Origin: Gemmatimonadales bacterium
GTDB taxonomy: Bacteria; Gemmatimonadota; Gemmatimonadetes; Gemmatimonadales; GWC2-71-9
Assembly (NCBI GenBank): GCA_041615815.1
Contig: JBFJCP010000016.1
Location: 40,215 to 104,214, forward strand
Direction: 5' to 3'
Length of the DNA stretch: 64,000 nucleotides
Below the pieces are notes generated by a model, which was not told the origin of the DNA, ran no database searches, and saw only the letters and a program-made list of their open reading frames with translations. Shown here in pieces: positions 57,559-64,000 of the stretch (its first letter is position 1; each line of letters opens with the position of its first letter). Position numbers and translations under genes: made by a program.

Positions 57559-58388
57559 AGCTCCTGCATCGAGGTGGGCAGCGCCGTTCGTTTGCGGCGT
57601 TGTTGTTTTCTCGACTGCACGAGCCGGTGGAGATCGACGAGCCGGACTGCGCCGCGATCCTCAGCCACCGACAGCAACCGACAGAGAACCTCCGCTGTGG
57701 CCATCGCGTCCCCAGCCGCCCGGTGACGGGCCGTGATCTCGATCCCAAAGTAGGCAGCGAGGCTGTCGAGGCTTCGGGACCGCAACCCCGTCAGGAGACG
57801 GCGCGCTAGGCTCACGGTGCAGAGCCGGGGACCATCCAGCATCACGTCGCGGGCGCGGCGCACCTCGGTGGACACGAAGCGCCAATCGAACCGGAGATTG
57901 TGCGCCACGAAGACGCGGCCGGCCAGCGCGGCGACGACGTCCTGGGCGATCATCTCGAACGGCGGCTTGTCACGCACCATGTCCTGCGTGATCCGGGTCA
58001 GCGACGTCACGCGCCGTGGAATGGGACGGCCCGGGTTCACCAGCGATTCGAACGCCAGATCCACCTGACCGCCGGTCACGGTCGCGATGGCGATCTCGAC
58101 CACGCGATCCCCACGCGCCGGTCCACTCCCCGTGGTCTCGACATCGACCACGGCAAACGTGCAGTCGCCGAGCAGCGGCGACGCGTACGTTTCGCTCACC
58201 AGCACCCATCGGTCGTCCCGCAGGCGCCCCACTCGGGGATCGGCGCCCAATAGGGCGACGGCGAGCCGCTCCGCCACCGCACGCTGGAAATGGCGCAGCC
58301 CCAGGACTTCGCGGACGAGGGTCCCACTGTCCGTGGGGCCGGCTCGGAGGAGGGCGAGCGCGCGGTCCACGAGCGTGCCGCCAGGCAC
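57555..58388 (-). CDS. DEDDh 3'-5' exonuclease (DnaQ/PolC-like)
   Basis: VVDVETTG, AHNLRFD, HRAAGDA. Confidence 0.92.
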   Translation of the reverse strand: MPGGTLVDRALALLRAGPTDSGTLVREVLGLRHFQRAVAERLAVALLGADPRVGRLRDDRWVLVSETYASPLLGDCTFAVVDVETTGSGPARGDRVVEIAIATVTGGQVDLAFESLVNPGRPIPRRVTSLTRITQDMVRDKPPFEMIAQDVVAALAGRVFVAHNLRFDWRFVSTEVRRARDVMLDGPRLCTVSLARRLLTGLRSRSLDSLAAYFGIEITARHRAAGDAMATAEVLCRLLSVAEDRGAVRLVDLHRLVQSRKQQRRKRTALPTSMQEL

Positions 58389-58408
58389 GGTGCGCAGCCC
58401 GGTGATGG

Positions 58409-59641
58409 TCAGGGGTCGTCCCTTCGCAGGGGAAGCGTCATGCAGCGGGGTCCACCTCCCCCGCGCACCAGCTCACTCCCCTCAATGGTGATCACGGCGC
58501 GATCCCGCTCCTGGATCGACGTGTCGCCCGTCAGGAATTCCACCGCATCGACCACCTGGAAGCCACCCCGCTCCATTTCCCTGAGGGTGGCGTCGTTGCG
58601 CTTGTACCCGACCGACAGACCTGGCCGGAGCGCGAGCATGTTGCACCCGGAAGCGTACTGCTCCCGGTCCTGCACCCCTCGATGGCGTCCTCCGCAGAAG
58701 ATGGGATCGAGGCGCATCCCCAGGCCGTCGAGCGCGGCAAACAGATTGGGCTCTTCCTCAACGGTGTCGCTCCCCTTGCGCCGATGGAGTACGGGGAGCC
58801 GCTGGGGACCGATGAACGAGGGCGGATAGACCACGCATTGTTCGCGATCCACCTGGGTGAAGATCATGTCGAGATGGATGGCCGACCGCACACCGGGCAG
58901 GACCACGACCAGCACGTCGGTGATCGGCGTTTGCTCGAACACGATGTCACACAGGAGGTCGAGCGCGGCCGTGCTGGACCGTGCACTGAATCCCACGAGC
59001 AGCAGGTCCTGCCGGAGGGGATGGACATCCCCTCCCTCGAGATTGTGGGTGAGGCGGCGCTCTTCTGAGCCGTCGTACAGAATGCCGGCGTTCTCGAACT
59101 CGGGATGGAAGCAGAACAACATCTTGATGAGGAGCTCTTCGCTCCACCGCGCGCCGTGACGCATGGACCCCACGACGGCGTGATCGCCGAGCACCATGCC
59201 GAGGTCGCGCGTGAAGAACAGATTGGGAACGGGCGGCAGGGAGAACCCGGCTTCGTTGAGTGTGGCGCTGATGGGTCCCGGCGTGTCCTCGGCCCCCTCG
59301 ATCAACAACGAGACCAGCTCCTTGGGCGGCATCTCTGCCAATCGGCGAGCCAGCGCGTCGGACGGAATGACGTCCCGCGTCTTCGAGATCAAGAAGTCGC
59401 GCACGTCCGGCCGACCCAAGACTTCCCGCAACGTCTGGCCGATCTCTAGCGTCTGGGCAAACCGCTCCAGCACGGCCTGCAGACGACGATGCTCGCGCTG
59501 GGCGAACTCCAGATCCACGATGTCGGAGTAGAGATAGTCTTTGCGAGTACCCGGCGTGACCGCCACCAGCTCCCGGCCTGGCGGATGTACCAAGACGGCC
59601 CGTAACGGGCCGATTTCAGAAGTGACATGTACGGGAGGCAT
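58409..59641 (-). CDS. arcA: Arginine deiminase
   Basis: SEIGPLRAVLVHPPG, NLFFTRD, EGGD, HLD, GGGPRCMT. Confidence 0.93.
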   Translation of the reverse strand: MPPVHVTSEIGPLRAVLVHPPGRELVAVTPGTRKDYLYSDIVDLEFAQREHRRLQAVLERFAQTLEIGQTLREVLGRPDVRDFLISKTRDVIPSDALARRLAEMPPKELVSLLIEGAEDTPGPISATLNEAGFSLPPVPNLFFTRDLGMVLGDHAVVGSMRHGARWSEELLIKMLFCFHPEFENAGILYDGSEERRLTHNLEGGDVHPLRQDLLLVGFSARSSTAALDLLCDIVFEQTPITDVLVVVLPGVRSAIHLDMIFTQVDREQCVVYPPSFIGPQRLPVLHRRKGSDTVEEEPNLFAALDGLGMRLDPIFCGGRHRGVQDREQYASGCNMLALRPGLSVGYKRNDATLREMERGGFQVVDAVEFLTGDTSIQERDRAVITIEGSELVRGGGGPRCMTLPLRRDDP

Positions 59642-59650
59642 TGCCCCAAT

Positions 59651-60271
59651 CTATTGATTTCGTAGGGCAAAGCTCAACGCTTCGAGCTCAAGGGCCATGT
59701 TGACGGTTTTGACCGTCACGCTGTCTGGCACCTTGAGGCGAACCGAGGCAAAATTGAGGATCGCGCGAACGCCGGCTCGCACCAGGCGGTCGGCCACGCC
59801 CTGGGCGCTCTCGGCCGGCGTGACAATGATGGCGATGTCGACCGGGTCCTTGACCAGGTCGCCCTCCAGATCTCGACTGTCGCGCACGCGGAGGCCGTTC
59901 CACATCTTCCCCGTCTTCGTGGCGTCGGAATCGTACACCGCGGCAATGTGGAAGCCGCGCTGCGTGAACCCGCGGTACTGGGCGAGCGCGCTTCCCATCT
60001 TTCCGGCCCCGATCACGGCCACCCGGTACGTACGCCTCAGACCGAGAATGTCGCGCAAACGGGAGACGAGCTCCGGGACCGAGTACCCCAGCCCGCGTTT
60101 GCCGAACGATCCGAAGAACGAGAGGTCCTTGCGCACCTGGGCCGACGTCGTGCCCCCGCGGGCTGCCAGCGCTTCCGAGCTCACGGTCTCCATCCCCTGT
60201 TCCTCGAATTCCTCGAGGAACCGCAGGTAGAGGGAAAGCCTCCGAACGGTGGACTCGGCGATCTTGGGCAT
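59651..60271 (-). CDS. rex: Redox-sensing transcriptional repressor Rex
   Basis: RRLSLY...SSEALA...QVRKDLSFFGSFGKRGLGY; GAGKMG; ILNF. Confidence 0.97.
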   Translation of the reverse strand: MPKIAESTVRRLSLYLRFLEEFEEQGMETVSSEALAARGGTTSAQVRKDLSFFGSFGKRGLGYSVPELVSRLRDILGLRRTYRVAVIGAGKMGSALAQYRGFTQRGFHIAAVYDSDATKTGKMWNGLRVRDSRDLEGDLVKDPVDIAIIVTPAESAQGVADRLVRAGVRAILNFASVRLKVPDSVTVKTVNMALELEALSFALRNQ

Positions 60272-60277
60272 CGAATT

Positions 60278-60295
60278 TTGTGAAAACTTTCACAA
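60278..60295. promoter_or_regulatory. Rex operator (autoregulation), overlapping the rex promoter
   Basis: TTGTGAA-AACT-TTCACAA perfect consensus 6 bp before the rex ATG; minus-strand TTGACG-18-TACATT overlaps it. Confidence 0.9.
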
Positions 60296-60319
60296 TGTAT
60301 AGCCGTCCCGTCGCACGCG

Positions 60320-61138
60320 TCAACGACCAAACGCGCGAAACAGCCGTACAAACATCTGTGGTTCGAGCACTTCCGGACGAGCCGTGGGATCCAGCCCCAG
60401 ATCGTTGAGGACGAGGTCCACGGCCTCCGCCGACCGGCCGGTCTGCGCGCGGAGCACCCGGCGTAGTTGCTTGCGCCGCCGGCTGAACATCCCGACGACG
60501 AAACGCCGAAAGGGCACGCGCTCCGCAAGCTCCACGAGGGGGCTGGGACGCAGGCGGAGTCGGACGACTCCCGACTCGACTCGCGGGGGTGGGCGAAACG
60601 CTCCCGCCGGCACGCTGAACAGACGCTCCACCACCGCCACACTCTGCACGCCCACCGAGAGCGCACCATAGGTCTTGTTTCCGGGTGGCGCGACCAATCG
60701 GTCTGCTACCTCCCGCTGGACCAGAAAGACGGCAAGGCGGGGTTCGGGCGGCTCCAACGTCTTGGCGATGAGCGGGGTGGTGATGGAGTACGGGAGGTTG
60801 CCAACCAGTTTGAAGGGGAGCTGGGAGCGGGGCGCCGGGAGCGGGACTTCCTGGATTAGGTCCCACCATCGCAGCTCTAGCGCATCACCCTCAACGACCG
60901 TCACGTTGTCGGGCACCCTTGCCTGCTCCCCGCGCCCCGCTCCCAGCTCCATGGCTAGCCGCGCATCCTTCTCGACCGCAATCACCCACCCTACCCGCGG
61001 CGCCAGCCGCCGGGTCAGCGTTCCCTTCCCTGCCCCGATCTCGATGACGACGTCGTCGGACGCCGGTTCCAGCGCATCGACGATACGATCCAGGATACTC
61101 GGGTCGAAAAGGAAGTGTTGCCCGAGGCGGCGCGGCAC
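60320..61138 (-). CDS. rsmA: 16S rRNA m6,2A dimethyltransferase KsgA
   Basis: LGQHFL, EIGAGKG, GNLPY, QREVA, FRPPPRVES. Confidence 0.96.
   Translation of the reverse strand: MPRRLGQHFLFDPSILDRIVDALEPASDDVVIEIGAGKGTLTRRLAPRVGWVIAVEKDARLAMELGAGRGEQARVPDNVTVVEGDALELRWWDLIQEVPLPAPRSQLPFKLVGNLPYSITTPLIAKTLEPPEPRLAVFLVQREVADRLVAPPGNKTYGALSVGVQSVAVVERLFSVPAGAFRPPPRVESGVVRLRLRPSPLVELAERVPFRRFVVGMFSRRRKQLRRVLRAQTGRSAEAVDLVLNDLGLDPTARPEVLEPQMFVRLFRAFGR
60817..60950. repeat. 29-bp heptamer-based inverted repeat inside rsmA
   Basis: 60817-60845 vs 60922-60950; outer 19 bp (GGAGCTGGGAGCGGGGCGC) perfectly complementary. Confidence 0.85.
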
Positions 61139-62725
61139 TCAGATGCGCAGGATGAGCATGGTACGATCGTCGCGCCTGCCCGCCTGGAACCCGTCGGACG
61201 CCCCGAGGACCGCATCCACGATGTGCTGGCTCGGCTCGGCTCGGTGGTCGGCCACGAGCGCGAGCACGCGGTCCTCACCGAAGCGCACACCGGCTTCGTC
61301 TTGCGCATCCGTGATCCCGTCGGAGAACAACACGAGCAGGTCCTTGCCGGCATGCCACGGGACCGTGACTCCCTCGATGGTTTCCGCCCCCGCCAGGCCA
61401 AGCGGTGGTGAGGTGGCGGCCAACCGCTCGGGGGGACCGCTGGACGGGAGCCGAAACGCATGCGGATGCCCGGCGTTGGCGTATTGCAGGGTCGAGGCCA
61501 CGCGATCCACGACCGCGTAGAAGAGGGAGAGATGCATCTCGGTTTCTGCGAGATCGTCGCGCACCGACTCGAAGAGTCGTCGCACCGTCCCTGCCGGCGT
61601 TGCTTCTTCCACGGCGTGGATCGCTGCCGCCGAGAGCACGAGGGCCATCACGAGGGCGGCGCTGAACCCGTGCGACGACACGTCGCCGATCATCACACCA
61701 ACTTTTCCTTCCGAGAGCCGGACGAAGGTGTAGAAGTCCCCACCCACCGTTTCCGCGGGGTGACATTCCGCCGCGGCATCTACGTCCGGACCGAGGAGCG
61801 ACGGTCGCGGCAGGAGCTTCATCTGCAGGTCATGTGCGAGCTCCAACTCGTGTTCGAGGCGCTGGCGGGCCGCGTCCTGGGCCACCAAGCGCGCGTTCTC
61901 GATCGCGGCACCGATCTGCGAGGCGATGGCCGCCACCAAACGTCGCTCGCCCCCGCTGAACGCGTCGGTTCCCACCCGGTCGGTCAGGTTGATGACGCCG
62001 ATTGGCTGCGGTGGACCTTCCGGACGCGGGTAGAGAATGGGTACCGAGAGGAACGCGGACCCGCGGTACTCCCGCGCCGTCTCCATCTCGGGCGCCTCGG
62101 CTTTGGGATCGCGCGGATCGAACGACAGGATCCGGCCTTCGCGAAACACTCTGGCGGCGATCGAGCTGGCATCGTCCACGCGTAGAGGGCCGTATCGGGA
62201 AATGTCGCGGCCCAGACCGGCCACCGGACGGAGCACGTTCGCACGCTCGTCATGCACGAGGATGGACGCACGGGTGGCGCCGACCACGGAGCTCACTTCC
62301 TCGAGGATCGTCTGTGCTGCTTCGTCCAGGCGGATAGTGCGACCGAGGATCTCGCTGATGGTATAGAGAAGCTCGATCTCCTCGTAGCGGGACGTGAGCT
62401 GCTTGGCGAGGCGCAGAGTGTCGCGCTCGGCGCTCACGAGGTCGGCGAGGAGCGGCGCCAGCGTTGCTCGTGCCCGTTCGACGTCCGGTCCTGGACTGAC
62501 GATCTCGAACCAGTAGGCGTCGGTGCCTGGCACAGGTGCCACCCACCGGCTGGCATCCGTTGGCGTCACTGGGCCAGTGGGATCGGCCTTCACCGGGGGC
62601 GGGCTGGCACCGTCGCAACCGATGACTGGGCGAAGTCGGCCGCGGCCGAGCCGCCACAGCCGAATGCGGCAACCTACGAGCGCGCCCAGCGATTGGAGGA
62701 TTGCGTCGAGCCGGTCTAGGCGCAA
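61139..62725 (-). CDS. GAF + PP2C (SpoIIE/RsbU-like) phosphatase
   Basis: GAF domain; VGGDFY, GDVSSHG, NAGH, SDGITD, DDRT. Confidence 0.92.
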   Translation of the reverse strand: MRLDRLDAILQSLGALVGCRIRLWRLGRGRLRPVIGCDGASPPPVKADPTGPVTPTDASRWVAPVPGTDAYWFEIVSPGPDVERARATLAPLLADLVSAERDTLRLAKQLTSRYEEIELLYTISEILGRTIRLDEAAQTILEEVSSVVGATRASILVHDERANVLRPVAGLGRDISRYGPLRVDDASSIAARVFREGRILSFDPRDPKAEAPEMETAREYRGSAFLSVPILYPRPEGPPQPIGVINLTDRVGTDAFSGGERRLVAAIASQIGAAIENARLVAQDAARQRLEHELELAHDLQMKLLPRPSLLGPDVDAAAECHPAETVGGDFYTFVRLSEGKVGVMIGDVSSHGFSAALVMALVLSAAAIHAVEEATPAGTVRRLFESVRDDLAETEMHLSLFYAVVDRVASTLQYANAGHPHAFRLPSSGPPERLAATSPPLGLAGAETIEGVTVPWHAGKDLLVLFSDGITDAQDEAGVRFGEDRVLALVADHRAEPSQHIVDAVLGASDGFQAGRRDDRTMLILRI

Positions 62726-63186
62726 CGCATGATCATGCAGATCGAGTTTCCCCGCTCGTTGAAGTGAACTTCGTCCGCCAACTGGCGGATGAGGAAGAGG
62801 CCGCGTCCGTCGATGCGTTCGACGCGATCGGGTTCGGTGGGATCGGGAATCTGCGCAGGATTGAATCCATTGCCCTCATCTTGCACGTGGATGGTCACGA
62901 TGTCTTCGCTCAGCACGACGCGTACATCCACCTGTTTTTGGGGATCCATCGCATTGCCGTACACAATGGCATTCGTGAGGGCTTCGGCCAGCATGACGCG
63001 CAGATGAAACCGGGCACGCCGCGGCGTGAGCCCGCTTGCCACGCAATGCCTGGCCACCAGATCCACGGCTTCCTCGACCACCTCGAGCTCCGTTGGGACG
63101 CGAAGGAAAAACTGCACGGCGTGCCCCGCCGAGGCAGGCGGACGCGCGTCCTGACGGTGCACCACGAGGCGGAAGGGAACCGTCAT
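62716..63186 (-). CDS. Anti-sigma factor Ser/Thr kinase (RsbW-like)
   Basis: EALTNAIVYGN, DEGNGF, GRGLFLIRQLADEV. Confidence 0.9.
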   Translation of the reverse strand: MTVPFRLVVHRQDARPPASAGHAVQFFLRVPTELEVVEEAVDLVARHCVASGLTPRRARFHLRVMLAEALTNAIVYGNAMDPQKQVDVRVVLSEDIVTIHVQDEGNGFNPAQIPDPTEPDRVERIDGRGLFLIRQLADEVHFNERGNSICMIMRCA

Positions 63187-63190
63187 GCGT

Positions 63191-63529
63191 TCAGAAGGCG
63201 GCCAGAGCCTCGTCGGTCGATTCGACGATGGCAAACAACGTGTCCAGCTTGGTGAGCTCGAACAGGGTGAGCAGATCCTCGTTGAGTCCGGCCAGCCGCA
63301 GCTCGCCACCCGCTTCCCCAATCTTCTTTGACAGCGACACCAGGACACCAAGGCCCGAGGAGTCGATGTACCCGGTTCGCGAAAAGTCGATGACGAATTT
63401 CTTCTCGCCACTTTCGAGGGAGTCGAGAATCTTTTGCTTGAGCTCGTGGCGATTGCCGACAATCAGCTGCCCGTCGACCCCGACCACGAGCACGCCCTTC
63501 CGGTCGTCCTTGCGTACGGTAAAGCTCAT
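63191..63529 (-). CDS. Anti-sigma factor antagonist (STAS, RsbV-like)
   Basis: [11 protein letters not shown] phosphorylation motif; LFELTKLD. Confidence 0.93.
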   Translation of the reverse strand: MSFTVRKDDRKGVLVVGVDGQLIVGNRHELKQKILDSLESGEKKFVIDFSRTGYIDSSGLGVLVSLSKKIGEAGGELRLAGLNEDLLTLFELTKLDTLFAIVESTDEALAAF

Positions 63530-64000
63530 AAGTCCTCCGAGCGGGATCCCGTTTGGCCAGCGGCCTGTAGGAGCGCCACCGCCGCAACGTCCACGATGTC
63601 GTCGGCGGAGGCGCCACGAGAGAGGTCGGCCATGGGGCGCGCGAGCCCCTGAATGATGGGGCCCGTCGCGCTGGCACCGGCCAAGCGTTGCACCAGTTTG
63701 TACGCAATATTGCCGCTGTCAAGGTCAGGAAACACAAGGACATTCGCTCGCCCCGCGGCGGGGGATTCTGGCGCCTTCCGATGAGCGATGGCGGGCACCA
63801 GCGCGGCGTCGCCCTGCAGCTCACCGTCGGAGGGCACCCGGGGCATGAGGGCTCTGAACCGAGCCGCGGCGGCTTGGACCTTCTCGACCCGCGGGCCCTC
63901 GGCACTTCCCTTGGTACTGTAGGACAGAAAGGCCACGACGGGCTCATCGCCCACCACGAGCCCCCGGTCCCGGGTCGCGGCCACTGCGATCTCGGCCAGC
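63526..64000 (-). CDS. pta: Phosphate acetyltransferase, C-terminal part (5' end outside window)
   Basis: [35 protein letters not shown]. Confidence 0.93.
   Translation of the reverse strand, partial: LAEIAVAATRDRGLVVGDEPVVAFLSYSTKGSAEGPRVEKVQAAAARFRALMPRVPSDGELQGDAALVPAIAHRKAPESPAAGRANVLVFPDLDSGNIAYKLVQRLAGASATGPIIQGLARPMADLSRGASADDIVDVAAVALLQAAGQTGSRSEDL

Overview
GC-rich bacterial chromosome segment, most likely Gemmatimonadota. This rests on the ERELxGGGMSR-type Ser/Thr kinase-TolB-TPR protein and an LEERVDFAERLL small-protein motif, and is inference rather than a database result. The left ~26 kb is accessory. It holds an Fe-S-rich operon (TauE, a CDGSH-Fer4_19-CDGSH-Rieske-ThDP enzyme fusion and a Fer4_19-CDGSH-CDGSH protein) behind a TGTGGA/TCCACA motif cluster, and a decaying integron cassette array with attC sites but no integrase (about 8.1-13.6 kb). 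It also holds tRNA-Leu(TAA), an excisionase-type HTH gene and several broken genes (oxyR, a SnoaL-like gene, and a gene frameshifted in a CG tract). The middle (26.6-41.7 kb) is lipid-themed. SCP2 is followed by a UndA-like diiron enzyme under two perfect TGTGA-N6-TCACA boxes, which is coupled to a PAS-PAS hybrid kinase and a convergent REC-HD-GYP regulator. A metallophosphoesterase-GMC oxidoreductase fusion lies divergent from fadL, an SGNH lipase and an outer-membrane protein gene. The right ~22 kb is minus-strand housekeeping: pta, rsbV/W/U-like, rsmA, rex, arcA, a DnaQ-like exonuclease, an MBL hydrolase, infC-rpmI-rplT-pheS-pheT-zapB-zapA-rny-folD-xseA-xseB-ispA-dxs-nadK-recN. The best candidate for an undescribed system is the SCP2/UndA-like/kinase/HD-GYP cluster, a possible volatile-alkene signalling circuit. 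All family assignments come from motif recognition by eye; no searches were run.
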